From an uncultured Verrucomicrobiae bacterium (GTDB lineage: Bacteria > Verrucomicrobiota > Verrucomicrobiia > Chthoniobacterales > UBA10450): 64,000 nucleotides of DNA. Positions 20,088-29,865 of the stretch are shown in pieces; position 1 is the first letter of the stretch; each line of letters opens with the position of its first letter. Both the position numbers and the translations under genes were made by a program. The DNA is taken from NCBI GenBank assembly GCA_963801815.1, contig CAWDGJ010000003.1:384001-448000 (forward strand). The letters run 5' to 3'. Under the pieces are notes generated by a model. It was not told where the DNA came from and ran no database searches. It was given only the letters and a program-made list of their open reading frames with translations.

Positions 20088-21989
20088 GTGACCAACGTGC
20101 CGCAGCTTCGTGTGGCCAACCCGCCGCCAAGATCTCTGTTGGTCTGGGACGGTGCGTGTCATTTCTGTCGACGCTGGGTTGAACGCTGGAAGGAAATCAC
20201 CAGCGGCGACGTCGGTTACGAAGCGTCGCAGAACATCGGCGGAAGATTTCCCGAAATTCCGCGGGAGGAATTTGAGCGCTCGCTAGTTTTGATTGAGTCG
20301 GACGGCAGCGTCTTTACCGGGGCGAAAGCGGTCTTTCGATCTCTGCGATCTCGATCCTCGAAAAGATGGCTCTCCTGGAGTTACGAGCACGTTCCTGGTT
20401 TCGCTGCGGTTTCGGAAAGCTTTTACAAAATCATTACTACCAATCGTCGCGCGGCCTCGACGGTCACGCGACTATTTTGGGGCGAAGATGTTCGACCACC
20501 AACCTATCTCGCCGCGCGGCGCTGGTTTCTTCGCGCGCTTGGTCTGATTTTCCTGATCGCGTTCGTTTCGCTTTGGGTGCAAGTCGATGGACTGATCGGC
20601 TCGGGGGGAATTACGCCGGCAGCCCTATTCCTTCCCGCCGTCCGCGCGCAAATCGGCGACCGCGCATTCTCGGTTCTGCCGACGCTTTGCTGGCTCAGTT
20701 CGAGCGATGCGTTTCTTCATTTTCTCTGCGGTGGCGGCGTTGCCCTTTCGTTGCTTTTGATTTTCGGAATCGCGCCGGCGCTGTCGCTGGCTGGCTTGGT
20801 TGTTTTTTATCTTTCGCTGACAGTGGCCGGACAAACGTTTCTCAGCTTTCAGTGGGACATTTTGCTGATCGAGACAGGGTTTCTGTCGATCTTTCTTGCG
20901 CCATGGCGACTCTGGTGGACCAAAGCAAACGACCCGCCGGTTTCGCGTGCCGCGATGTTTCTGCTCAAATTTTTGCTTTTCAAGCTGATGCTGATGTCGG
21001 GCGTCGTGAAACTCACGAGCTACCAGCTTGTCAGTGACCCCACAGAAGACACTTGGTGGAACCTCACTGCCTTGGACTATCACTATTGGTCCCAACCGCT
21101 ACCGACGGTCTTTGCCTGGTTCACAGACAAAAGTCCCGAGTGGTTCAAACATTTCTCGGTCGCGTTCTGTTTGTTCGTCGAAATCATTGTTCCGTTTTTC
21201 ATTTGGGCGCCGCGCCGGTTGCGATTAATCGCCTGCGCATTGCTGATTTTCCTGCAGGTGATGATTGGAGCGACCGGCAATTACAACTTTTTCAATCTTC
21301 TGACGGTCGCGCTGTGTTTGCTGCTGATTGACGATTCGATTTGGCGCCGACGGAGCGGCGCCCTCCAAAGAAATGAAGGGATGCGCTCCGTCGTGTCCCA
21401 TTATTTTTCAGATCGCCTTGCGACCTACGTGGCCATTGTCGTGGTCGTTCTCACGTTGCCAATTAACGCGCGTTTGATTTACAGCGCGTTCGAGCCCGAG
21501 GATGAATGGTCCCCCTTTCTCGGCCGAATGCGGGCTTATGGGGAAACATGTCGAATCGTGAACGGCTACGGACTTTTTCGAGTGATGACGAAGGATCGGA
21601 AAGAAATCGTGATCGAAGGCAGCGCGGATGGAATCGATTGGAAACCATACGAGTTCAAATGGAAACCGGGCGATGTGATGCGTGCACCGGGCTGGTGTCA
21701 GCCGCATCAACCGCGGCTCGACTGGCAAATGTGGTTCGCAGCGCTGGGGTCGTATCGGCAAAATCCGTGGTTTGTGCAGACGGTAATCGCGTTATTGCAC
21801 GGTAAACCCGCAGTCGTCGCACTTTTCGAACGGAATCCGTTTCCGGAAACTCCACCGCGATATGTTCGCGCGACCTTTTATCAGTATTGGTTCACAAGTG
21901 CTGAGGAACATCGACAAACCGGCGCGTGGTGGAAGCGTCAGAGGCTCGGCGAATATTTGCCAAGCATTTCACTCGAAGACGTTCAATAG
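20088..21989 (+). CDS. DCC1-like (DUF393) thiol-disulfide domain fused to a lipase maturation factor domain
   Basis: [48 protein letters not shown]. Confidence 0.92.
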   Translation: MTNVPQLRVANPPPRSLLVWDGACHFCRRWVERWKEITSGDVGYEASQNIGGRFPEIPREEFERSLVLIESDGSVFTGAKAVFRSLRSRSSKRWLSWSYEHVPGFAAVSESFYKIITTNRRAASTVTRLFWGEDVRPPTYLAARRWFLRALGLIFLIAFVSLWVQVDGLIGSGGITPAALFLPAVRAQIGDRAFSVLPTLCWLSSSDAFLHFLCGGGVALSLLLIFGIAPALSLAGLVVFYLSLTVAGQTFLSFQWDILLIETGFLSIFLAPWRLWWTKANDPPVSRAAMFLLKFLLFKLMLMSGVVKLTSYQLVSDPTEDTWWNLTALDYHYWSQPLPTVFAWFTDKSPEWFKHFSVAFCLFVEIIVPFFIWAPRRLRLIACALLIFLQVMIGATGNYNFFNLLTVALCLLLIDDSIWRRRSGALQRNEGMRSVVSHYFSDRLATYVAIVVVVLTLPINARLIYSAFEPEDEWSPFLGRMRAYGETCRIVNGYGLFRVMTKDRKEIVIEGSADGIDWKPYEFKWKPGDVMRAPGWCQPHQPRLDWQMWFAALGSYRQNPWFVQTVIALLHGKPAVVALFERNPFPETPPRYVRATFYQYWFTSAEEHRQTGAWWKRQRLGEYLPSISLEDVQ

Positions 21990-22045
21990 ATCGATATAAC
22001 CAGGTTCGTTTGAGGCCGCATCGTTTGGGGATATATTTCGGCGCG

Positions 22046-22264
22046 ATGCCGAAGGAAGAACAGATCGTGATGGAAGGGACGGTGACCCAGGTGCTTCCGG
22101 GCACGATGTTCCGGGTCGATCTCGCCGGCCAACGCACTGTTCTCGCCCACATCTCCGGCAAAATGCGGAAACATTTCATTCGCATCGTCCCCGGTGACAA
22201 AGTCTCGGTGGAGCTTTCCCCTTACGATCTGACCAAGGCGCGGATCATTTTCCGGGAGCAGTAG
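22046..22264 (+). CDS. infA: Translation initiation factor IF-1
   Basis: 72 aa; [34 protein letters not shown]. Confidence 0.98.
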   Translation: MPKEEQIVMEGTVTQVLPGTMFRVDLAGQRTVLAHISGKMRKHFIRIVPGDKVSVELSPYDLTKARIIFREQ

Positions 22265-22282
22265 AGTGCGGAGCCTTTGCGG

Positions 22283-22345
22283 TGTAGCCACGGGCCTGTG
22301 GCGCGTCCAAGAAAGACCCAGACGGCCCACAGGGCCGTAGCTACA
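22283..22345. repeat. REP-like GTAG palindrome
   Basis: TGTAGCCACGGGCCTGTGG...CCACAGGGCCGTAGCTACA. Confidence 0.8.
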
Positions 22346-22429
22346 ACCGGACTGGTAGTCGGGCGCGCGATTTGCTCAGAATCGCAAGCGCGCGGATAGT
22401 TCCGGTAACGAAATCAATTGGAGAACTTT

Positions 22430-22783
22430 ATGGCAGAAGAAAACAAATCACATCGAGGCTCTGTGGCGGGTGACGCGCAGAACAAATTCGAGAGCAGTAA
22501 GACACACGCACGCAAAGCGGCGGAGGATTTACGGGACGCAGCCGAAGCCGTCGCCGGCGAGTATCGCGGCAAGGCCGAACAGGTTTGGAACGACGCCCGC
22601 GGCAAAGCTGAGAAGGCTTGGACAGACGCCCGTGGACGGGCCGAGGACGCCTGGGGCGATGCGCGCACGCGCGCACGTACGTTTCAGGACGATGCGGAAC
22701 AATACGTTCGCGAAAATCCGACCAAGGCAATCTTTACCGCGCTCGGCGTGGGATTCGTCTTGGGACTGATCTTCCGGCGCTGA
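22430..22783 (+). CDS. DUF883 / ElaB-YqjD family protein
   Basis: C-terminal YVRENP..A.GVGFVLGLIFRR; three 11-aa repeats G(K/R)AExxWxDAR. Confidence 0.88.
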   Translation: MAEENKSHRGSVAGDAQNKFESSKTHARKAAEDLRDAAEAVAGEYRGKAEQVWNDARGKAEKAWTDARGRAEDAWGDARTRARTFQDDAEQYVRENPTKAIFTALGVGFVLGLIFRR

Positions 22784-22797
22784 TCGCGCTTTACTGA

Positions 22798-23226
22798 ATG
22801 GCTGGCGAAACTGCGCCGTCGCCGGGTCGGCCGCGCCATACCGGGCTCATCGGAAGTTTGGTCGCGCTCGCAAGCGCGCTTGCCGACTTTTTCGAAAGCC
22901 GGGCCGCGTTGCTGGCGACAGAATCGAAAGGAGCGCTCGTCCAATTTTTGGTCGCGGCAGTTTGCCTGGTCGCGGCAGTTTTGTTTTTTGCGTTTGGCTA
23001 CCTTTTCTTGCTGGCGACGGTCGTTGTCGCAATTGCGCACATGGCGAATGTTTCGTGGTTGTGGATGGCGCTGGCGGCGGCCGGGCTGCATTTCCTGATC
23101 GCGCTTATTTTTCTGCTCGTTGCTGGAACTGGAATTAAACGTCCGATATTTCGCGGAACACTGACGGAGCTAAAGAAAGACCGAGAATGGCTAAAAAACC
23201 TGGAAGCAAATCAGCCGCGGAATTGA
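22798..23226 (+). CDS. Phage holin family (YqjE-like) membrane protein
   Basis: SRAALLATE, two TMs, TLTELKKDREWL; follows the DUF883 gene. Confidence 0.8.
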   Translation: MAGETAPSPGRPRHTGLIGSLVALASALADFFESRAALLATESKGALVQFLVAAVCLVAAVLFFAFGYLFLLATVVVAIAHMANVSWLWMALAAAGLHFLIALIFLLVAGTGIKRPIFRGTLTELKKDREWLKNLEANQPRN

Positions 23227-23579
23227 GAGAAGAAATCGACCGTTCGCGCCAGGACGTGGAGCGCCGGCTCGTTCGCGTCCGCGAAGAAGCTGATCTCCCA
23301 CGCAAGATCCGGCGATCGGTCCGGCGCGCACCGGTGCCCTGGATTGTCGGTGCGATCGCGGTCGGACTGCTTGTAACTGCCGTCGTGACACGGAAGAAAA
23401 AAATCGTTGTCGATGCAAAGGGCCGATCGAAACCCAAGGGAACATTGCTGGAGGCTGGATTTCTCCTCGGGGCATTGCGTATCGCGGCCACCTTGCTCAA
23501 ACCAGTCGTGGTGAACTTGGTCGAGAAAAAGTTTGGTGATTACGTACGCCGCGAGCGCTCCGGATCGAAAGCTTTTTAA
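23187..23579 (+). CDS. Hypothetical membrane protein (YqjK-like position)
   Basis: Overlaps the holin-family gene; coiled N-terminus plus a TM segment. Confidence 0.7.
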   Translation: MAKKPGSKSAAELREEIDRSRQDVERRLVRVREEADLPRKIRRSVRRAPVPWIVGAIAVGLLVTAVVTRKKKIVVDAKGRSKPKGTLLEAGFLLGALRIAATLLKPVVVNLVEKKFGDYVRRERSGSKAF

Positions 23580-23621
23580 GTTTACGCGCAGCGCGGTCCG
23601 GCATAAAACGGATGGCGCGTC

Positions 23622-24704
23622 ATGCCCCCCAGACCGCATCCGCTTCGGCACGTCGATGAGTATCTTGAGGCCGGCCAGCAGGCCGGCGCATCAGATATTC
23701 ATCTTGGTGTAAACACGCCGCCGATTTGGCGATTGCATGGAACGCTGGAGCCGATCTGGCCGGACACACCGCGCTTCACCGCCGAACAAACTCTCGCTCT
23801 GGCCGAAGGTTTCCTTTCGAACTCGTACAAAACACAATTGAACGAGCGCGGCGACGCCAATTTCGCCTACGCGAATTCATTCGGCCGTTATCGCACCAGC
23901 GTCGTGCGACAGCGGCGCGGAGTCGATCTCGTGTTTCGGATCATCAACGCAAAAGTGCAGACGATGAACGAGCTCGGCTTGCCCGAGCATCTCAAGTCAC
24001 TAGCGCGCTTTCAAAACGGATTGGTCCTCGTAACCGGTTCGGTCGGTAGCGGAAAATCAACGACCCTCGCGGCGCTGGTCGAACAAGTGAACATCGAACG
24101 GCGCGAACATATCATCACGCTCGAGGATCCGATCGAGTATGTTTTCGAACCGAAGGGTTGTCACATTACCCAACGCGAAGTCCACACGCACACACGCTCG
24201 TTTGCCGCCGCCCTGAGAGGTGCGCTTCGCGAAGATCCGGACGTAATCATGGTCGGCGAGATGCGCGATCTGGAAACAATCTCGCTCGCCATCACCGCGG
24301 CGGAGACTGGCCACCTGGTTTTGGGAACGCTCCACACCGGAAACGCTTCGCGCACGCTCGACCGGTTACTCGATGTCTTTCCGCCGGACCAACAGGCGCA
24401 GATTCGCATCATGGTCAGCGAATCGCTGCGCGGCGTGATCAGTCAGCAACTGATTCCGCGTATCGAAGGCAATGGGCGCGTGCTCGCGCTGGAAATTTTT
24501 ACGAACACTCCAGCCGTCGCCAATGTAATTCGCGAAGCAAAGACCTACATGCTCCCAGGAATTATCCAGACCGGAAGAAAACAGGGAATGCAACTAATGG
24601 ACGACGCGCTTGTAGGCCTGTGTAACTGCGGCCTGATCAGCTCTGACGAAGCCTTCGCGCGTGCGGAACACAAACAGGAAATGAAGCGGCGTCTGAGAAC
24701 GTGA
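23622..24704 (+). CDS. pilT: PilT/PilU family type IV pilus ATPase
   Basis: ASDIHL, GSVGSGKSTT, LEDPIEY, REDPDVIMVGEMRD, GTLHT, AVANVIRE. Confidence 0.92.
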   Translation: MPPRPHPLRHVDEYLEAGQQAGASDIHLGVNTPPIWRLHGTLEPIWPDTPRFTAEQTLALAEGFLSNSYKTQLNERGDANFAYANSFGRYRTSVVRQRRGVDLVFRIINAKVQTMNELGLPEHLKSLARFQNGLVLVTGSVGSGKSTTLAALVEQVNIERREHIITLEDPIEYVFEPKGCHITQREVHTHTRSFAAALRGALREDPDVIMVGEMRDLETISLAITAAETGHLVLGTLHTGNASRTLDRLLDVFPPDQQAQIRIMVSESLRGVISQQLIPRIEGNGRVLALEIFTNTPAVANVIREAKTYMLPGIIQTGRKQGMQLMDDALVGLCNCGLISSDEAFARAEHKQEMKRRLRT

Positions 24705-24847
24705 AGTCCCAGTGCCCAAATCCCAGGCTCCAGGCAAATCCCAAACCTAAAACCCCAAAATGACAGTTTTGGGCTCGCGCCGATTTTTTGGTTTTGAATT
24801 TGGGAATTGGAACTTGTTTGGGCTTTGGAACTTGGGATTTGGAATTT
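24705..24847. repeat. Family A variant (AAATCCC/TTGGGAT heptamers) inverted-repeat element
   Basis: CCCAAATCCCAG..CAAATCCCAAA opposite TTTGGGAATTGG..TTGGGATTTGGAATTT; fills the junction between the two pilT genes. Confidence 0.8.
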
Positions 24848-24851
24848 CGTG

Positions 24852-26024
24852 ATGGCTAAACTGGATCAACTCCTGGAAGTGCTCGTGAAAGAGGGCGGTT
24901 CCGATTTGCACATAGCCGAAGGGCAGTCGCCCAAGATGCGCAAGCACGGCGACATCGCGCCGATTCGTGACGCGCCGCTCGGCCGCGACGAAACGATGTC
25001 GATGTTGCGCGAGGTTTGCGGCGAACCCAAATGGCAAACCTTCGACGAGCACGGTGACCTCGATTTCGCCTACGAAATGGACGCAGCGTCGCGCTTCCGC
25101 TGCAATTACTTGAAGCAGACGCACGGCTACGGCGCGGTTTTTCGGTTGATTCCGACAAGGATCGCGACGCTCGAGCAGCTTGGAATTCCGCCGGTGGCAA
25201 AGGAATTCGTCGATTTGCGGGGCGGCCTGGTCCTCGTCACCGGGCCGACCGGTTCCGGAAAATCAACGACGCTGGCGGCGCTGATCGATTACATCAACGG
25301 AAATTTCTCGCGTCATATCATCACCATCGAGGAACCAATTGAGTTCGTACACGGCAACAAGCGCAGCATCATCACGCAGCGGGAAATCCCTGGCGACGCA
25401 CAATCTTTCCCAGTCGCGTTAAAAGCCGCGTTACGCGAAGATGCCGATATCGTGCTGGTCGGTGAGATGCGGGATCTCGAAACCGTTTCCATGGCGCTGA
25501 CCGCAGCGGAAACCGGTTTGCTTGTTTTTGGAACTTTGCACACCAACAATGCGCGCAAGACGGTCGACCGAATGGTGGATGTTTTCCCGGCGTCGAAGCA
25601 ACCGCAGGCGCGCGCGATGCTGGCCAATTCGTTGCGCGGGGTGCTCGCGCAATTGCTGTTGAAGGAAGCGGACGGCGCGGGTCGAATTGCCGTTCACGAG
25701 ATCCTCATCGCGAACCCTGCGGTGTCGGCGATTATTCGTGAGGGCGCGACACAGAAGCTTCAGGACGTGATCGTTTCCGGCAAAGGGCAGGGGATGCAAT
25801 TTATGGACGACGCGATTTTCGCGCTGTTAAAGAACGGAACGGTCACGGCGCATGAAGCGTTCATGAAAGCAATCGATAAGAATCGATTCAAACAATTTCT
25901 CCCGGCCGAAGATCAAAGCCTGGGTAATTCCGCCGGCGCTCCGCCTGACAACGAGAAGCGATTGTCGGGCAATTTCATGAAGGCCGCCCGGGGAAACGCG
26001 ATCAAGCCTCTGCCGCCTCACTGA
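24852..26024 (+). CDS. pilT: Second PilT/PilU family ATPase
   Basis: GSDLHI, GPTGSGKSTT, IEEPIEF, VGEMRD, GTLHT, AVSAIIRE. Confidence 0.92.
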   Translation: MAKLDQLLEVLVKEGGSDLHIAEGQSPKMRKHGDIAPIRDAPLGRDETMSMLREVCGEPKWQTFDEHGDLDFAYEMDAASRFRCNYLKQTHGYGAVFRLIPTRIATLEQLGIPPVAKEFVDLRGGLVLVTGPTGSGKSTTLAALIDYINGNFSRHIITIEEPIEFVHGNKRSIITQREIPGDAQSFPVALKAALREDADIVLVGEMRDLETVSMALTAAETGLLVFGTLHTNNARKTVDRMVDVFPASKQPQARAMLANSLRGVLAQLLLKEADGAGRIAVHEILIANPAVSAIIREGATQKLQDVIVSGKGQGMQFMDDAIFALLKNGTVTAHEAFMKAIDKNRFKQFLPAEDQSLGNSAGAPPDNEKRLSGNFMKAARGNAIKPLPPH

Positions 26025-26177
26025 TTGTCGAAGACCGTCTCAACGACTCAACTGGCCGACATGCCCCATCGATCGGCGGTTGGTGAGGCACTTTGTCAGA
26101 TCTGCCCTACTTTCTGATCAACGGGAAGGATTCGGGGCACAATTCGGCCCACGTTCTGCTAATTATCTCTGGTAATT

Positions 26178-26561
26178 ATGCAAATCCTGGTTGTTGAGGA
26201 TGAAAAAGCGGTCGGGCACATGATTGCAATGGTGCTCGGAGGTCCAGCCTCCAAGGTGGTTCGCGCGAATAGCGGCTGGGAAGCACTCATCAAGATCGGC
26301 GCTATGGCGCGGCCTTTTGATGTTGTTATCACCGACCACCGAATGCCGCGTATGACCGGTCTCGAATTGGTCCGTCAGCTCCGGACGAAAAACTTTCTCG
26401 GCAAGATTTTCGTTTTGTCGGCTTATCTCTCGGATGAGGACATTCAAGCTTACGAACAATTGGGCGTGGACATGATGATGTCCAAACCGTTCGACTTTGA
26501 AGAGCTGCAACAGGCAATGGAGGTTCTCGATAAGAAACCCTCAGTCCTCGCAACCGCGTAG
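26178..26561 (+). CDS. Stand-alone response regulator receiver
   Basis: ILVVEDE, TDHRMPRMTG, LSA, KPF. Confidence 0.92.
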   Translation: MQILVVEDEKAVGHMIAMVLGGPASKVVRANSGWEALIKIGAMARPFDVVITDHRMPRMTGLELVRQLRTKNFLGKIFVLSAYLSDEDIQAYEQLGVDMMMSKPFDFEELQQAMEVLDKKPSVLATA

Positions 26562-26571
26562 GATTCAGCCG

Positions 26572-26657
26572 GCCCAACGAGAGATAACGTCACTCCGGAA
26601 GCTTGCGGAGCTGGCTCCATCAAACATCGGTTCCGTTGGCTTTGTCGTTGGTTAGAC
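26572..26657 (-). mobile_element. Putative degenerate attC-like site
   Basis: Minus strand GTCTAAC (overlapping the gene's TAA) ... GTTGGGC, 86 nt; internal pairing is poor. Confidence 0.4.
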
Positions 26658-27404
26658 AGCAGATTCCAACAGCGGTGGTGAAGAGCCAAGCACGTAGATC
26701 GACCAGGGAGCCACCGTGGTCTCCGATACCCATGCCACGTCCTCATTTGATCGCCCAAGCGGCTGATGCATCTCGTGGACAACTAAACCCGCTCGCGCGT
26801 ACATGCGGCGGTAATCGGCATCCGAGCACATCACATCCTCCACCGGACGTTTGTCGGGGACATCCAGCATGACGATCTGCACGCGATCCCCACTTTTGGC
26901 CAATCGGTTAGCCGGAAAATCGCGGGTGGAGAATGATGTCCATTCATGCACATAGATCGCCGGGTCCGATACAAGGTTCACAAAGCAACCGGAGGGCATT
27001 AGCAGCGAGCCCAATGTTCGCAAAAGATCCTGCTTGCGCTCGGCAGTCGGAATATTGTCGAACGTGAACGCGGCGAAAATCAAATCGAAGGAAGCCTTTG
27101 GCAGGCGACTCAGGTCGCTTTCGCCAAGAAGTTCGTAGCGCCCGCCTGGATCTTGGCCACGAGCGCGCTCCAGCATTTCAGCCGCAATGTCAACGCCTAG
27201 GACGTCGAAGCCGATGTCCCGCAGAAATCGCGTAGACCGTCCCGTGCCGCATCCGAAGTCTAGGGCGATTCTGCCGGCAACATGCTTGCGAATGAGGCTT
27301 GGAAGGTCTCGAAAAGCTAGAAAGTAGGTACCTGGGAACTCGAGCTGCGCATACGCGTCGGCTCGTTCACGATCAGCGTAGACGTTCGGGAAGGAATCAC
27401 TCAT
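26652..27404 (-). CDS. Class I SAM-dependent methyltransferase
   Basis: ALDFGCGTG, GVDI, FDLI motifs. Confidence 0.92.
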   Translation of the reverse strand: MSDSFPNVYADRERADAYAQLEFPGTYFLAFRDLPSLIRKHVAGRIALDFGCGTGRSTRFLRDIGFDVLGVDIAAEMLERARGQDPGGRYELLGESDLSRLPKASFDLIFAAFTFDNIPTAERKQDLLRTLGSLLMPSGCFVNLVSDPAIYVHEWTSFSTRDFPANRLAKSGDRVQIVMLDVPDKRPVEDVMCSDADYRRMYARAGLVVHEMHQPLGRSNEDVAWVSETTVAPWSIYVLGSSPPLLESAV

Positions 27405-27582
27405 GGACGACTATCGCTGCAGGCTAACGAGAATTGTGCCTAAAAATTGCGGCTTTAAAGACGCAATTTCTTGGTCTAATCCGGTAATTTGCTGGGAGGG
27501 AAGTGGAGAGGCACTGCATTAAGCCGGATGATGTCAGGTGTTTGATTCCCCTGCAAGCTGCGGTCGGGTTGGCCCCGCTGCG

Positions 27583-27611
27583 TTGACAGTCAAAAACGAC
27601 AGTGATAGTTT
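27583..27611 (+). promoter_or_regulatory. sigma70 promoter of the HNH gene
   Basis: TTGACA-17 nt-TAGTTT, then a hairpin leader and AGGAGG RBS before the TTG start. Confidence 0.7.
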
Positions 27612-27659
27612 CGCGCCACTTTCCACCGAAAAGGTGGTAAAAGCGCAGGAGGTAAAGAT

Positions 27660-28271
27660 TTGCACTCGCTGTTAAATAGTCAGGTATTGGTGCTGAACCG
27701 TCTCTGGCAGGCGGTCAACATCTGCTCGGCCCGGCGCGCGTTCTCGCTGGTCTACGCCGGTCACGCCCACATTGTCTCCTCGGATGACGCGAATAATTTC
27801 CTGACCCACGATTTTGACAGCTGGCGCGATTTTTCAACCGACGCGCCCGATCACGAGCTCGTTCAGACCATTTCGTGGAAGATCCGGGTGCCGCGTGTGA
27901 TTGTCCTGTTGTTCTTCGATCGTCTCCCAAAGAAGGAAGTGAAGTTTACCCGTCACAACGTGTTCGAGCGGGACAAAAACACCTGCCAGTACTGCGGTAA
28001 AACTTTTGATCGTAATGACTTGAACCTGGATCACGTGGTACCACGCGATCGTGGTGGAATGACCACATGGGAGAACGTGGTTTGCTCGTGCATTCCGTGT
28101 AACACGCTCAAGGGCAATCGCCTTCCGCAGGAAGCGCAGATGATGCTGATTCGAAAGCCAAAGCGGCCGAAGTGGCGACCATTCCTGCACGTTACGTTCA
28201 ACGCGCCGCAGCATGAAAGCTGGCGGCATTTTGTGGATCTCGCTTACTGGAACGTCGAGCTGAGCGATTAG
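27660..28271 (+). CDS. HNH endonuclease (McrA-like)
   Basis: VLVLN, RD..TCQYCG, DHVVP..GG...WENVVCSCIPCN..KG. Confidence 0.93.
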   Translation: MHSLLNSQVLVLNRLWQAVNICSARRAFSLVYAGHAHIVSSDDANNFLTHDFDSWRDFSTDAPDHELVQTISWKIRVPRVIVLLFFDRLPKKEVKFTRHNVFERDKNTCQYCGKTFDRNDLNLDHVVPRDRGGMTTWENVVCSCIPCNTLKGNRLPQEAQMMLIRKPKRPKWRPFLHVTFNAPQHESWRHFVDLAYWNVELSD

Positions 28272-28285
28272 TTCGGATTTTCTTA

Positions 28286-28345
28286 ATAAGGAAAGCAGGA
28301 ACGCAGGAATTCTGGAACGGTTTCTTTTCTTTTTCCTAATTCATC
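28286..28345. repeat. AGGAAAGCAGGAA-type element, degenerate
   Basis: AGGAAAGCAGGAACGCAGGAA, also present at 37987-38006; weak TTCCT counter-arm. Confidence 0.6.
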
Positions 28346-28368
28346 CGCGGTATCCGCGTAACTAGTGG

Positions 28369-29865
28369 TTAATGATTGAATCCCGATCTTAGCGCGACAC
28401 TTTCGCGTCCAGATTTAATCGCGCGCAGAATCGGTTGTGGGTAAACGCCGAGCACGATCGTTGCGATCATCAGCGCGATCATCACGGCGCGCGATAACGG
28501 GCTCACTGAGATTGCTTCGCTTTTCGCGCTTGGTTGCCCGCGTGCAACGCTGGGCGAAGCATTGCGGGCAGGCCAATACATCGCGCGGACGACCTTCAAG
28601 TAATAATAAAATCCGCACGCCACAGTCACGATTCCCACCGCAACGAGCGCGAATTGTTTTTGGGCAATCGCCGAAACGAAAATGAAAAATTTACCAAAGA
28701 AACCAACAGTGAATGGCAAGCCGGCAAGCGACGCCATGGCAATGAGCATGGCGAAGGCGAGAAACGGCGCTCGTTTTGCGAGTCCATCGAAACTGGAGAT
28801 GTTGTCCCCGGCTTTTTCGGAAACGAGAATCATGACCGCGAAACTCAAGAGGGTCATTATCAGGTAAGCCACCAGATAAAAAATCAGGGCTGAGCCATCG
28901 AAACAGGCGACAGCGATCAGCAAGTAACCTGCATGCGCGATGCTGGAGTAACCCAGCAATCGTTTGAGATTGTTTTGTGGAAGCGCGGCGAGGTTTCCGT
29001 AGCCGACGGTAAGCAACGCCAGCAAAACGACAAGCCGCTGCATGTTAGGCAACATCAGGAACGGTTGTAGAACACGGATAAGCACAACAAATCCCGCCGC
29101 TTTCGATCCCACTGAGAGAAATGCAGTCACCGGTGTTGGAGCTCCTTGATAAACGTCCGGCACCCAGATTTGAAACGGCACCGCCGCGATCTTGAAACCG
29201 AGGCCGACGATGATCAGAACCGCGCCAAAGGTTGCTGCAGAAGTGTTGATATTGCCGCCAGAAAACGCGGACGTAATGCGTTCCAGATTCGTCTCTCCGG
29301 TTGCGCCGAAAATCCAGGTGATTCCGTAAACAAGAAACGCCGCTGAGACGCCGCCAAGTATGAGGTATTTTACGCCGGCTTCGAGCGCGATGGGATTTCT
29401 CCGGGTGAAGCTAACGAGGACGAAGAACGAAATTGTGACCAGCTCGAGCGAAATGAAAATGAAAATAAAATCGACCGCAGACACCAGATACATCAAGCCA
29501 GCGCAGGTCAGCAGCGGCAGGGAGAAAAACTCGCCGAGATTCGAGCCCGCACGATCGATCGAGCTGCGGACGACCGGTGCGTAATCGATCATCATGACGA
29601 GCACGAGGATCGTCGTCACCAGCTCGAATCGTTTGAAGAAGATCGCCAGCGCGTCATCGCTATAAAAATTCCAGAAGGCACTCGTCGCTTGAGATGCTGA
29701 TTCGGGCGACACAAAGAAACTGGCGAAGAAGACCACGCTCAGGCCGATGATTCCGGCGTAGGCGAAACATTTTCGGTCGATCTTCGAAAGAAACGTTTCC
29801 CCAATCAGGATCGTCATCCCGAGAACCAGCACCGCGATTTCAAGATATGGCGCGTGAAGCTCCAT
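28369..29865 (-). CDS. nuoN: NADH-quinone oxidoreductase subunit N
   Basis: EAGVKY, FKIAAVPFQIWVPDVYQGAP, KRLLGYSSIAHAGY; ATG overlaps the nuoM TGA. Confidence 0.95.
   Translation of the reverse strand: MELHAPYLEIAVLVLGMTILIGETFLSKIDRKCFAYAGIIGLSVVFFASFFVSPESASQATSAFWNFYSDDALAIFFKRFELVTTILVLVMMIDYAPVVRSSIDRAGSNLGEFFSLPLLTCAGLMYLVSAVDFIFIFISLELVTISFFVLVSFTRRNPIALEAGVKYLILGGVSAAFLVYGITWIFGATGETNLERITSAFSGGNINTSAATFGAVLIIVGLGFKIAAVPFQIWVPDVYQGAPTPVTAFLSVGSKAAGFVVLIRVLQPFLMLPNMQRLVVLLALLTVGYGNLAALPQNNLKRLLGYSSIAHAGYLLIAVACFDGSALIFYLVAYLIMTLLSFAVMILVSEKAGDNISSFDGLAKRAPFLAFAMLIAMASLAGLPFTVGFFGKFFIFVSAIAQKQFALVAVGIVTVACGFYYYLKVVRAMYWPARNASPSVARGQPSAKSEAISVSPLSRAVMIALMIATIVLGVYPQPILRAIKSGRESVALRSGFNH

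Noticed and set aside
22798..23226. Holin-family gene as evidence of a prophage
   Set aside because: It sits in a yqjD/E/K-like chromosomal trio with no phage genes nearby
27480..27582. Possible SRP RNA, 6S RNA or tRNA
   Set aside because: No SRP helix-8 motif, no T-loop or cloverleaf; cannot be supported
27660..28271. HNH gene as an IscB/Cas9-like RNA-guided nuclease
   Set aside because: Only 203 aa, with no RuvC or PLMP motifs and no adjacent array
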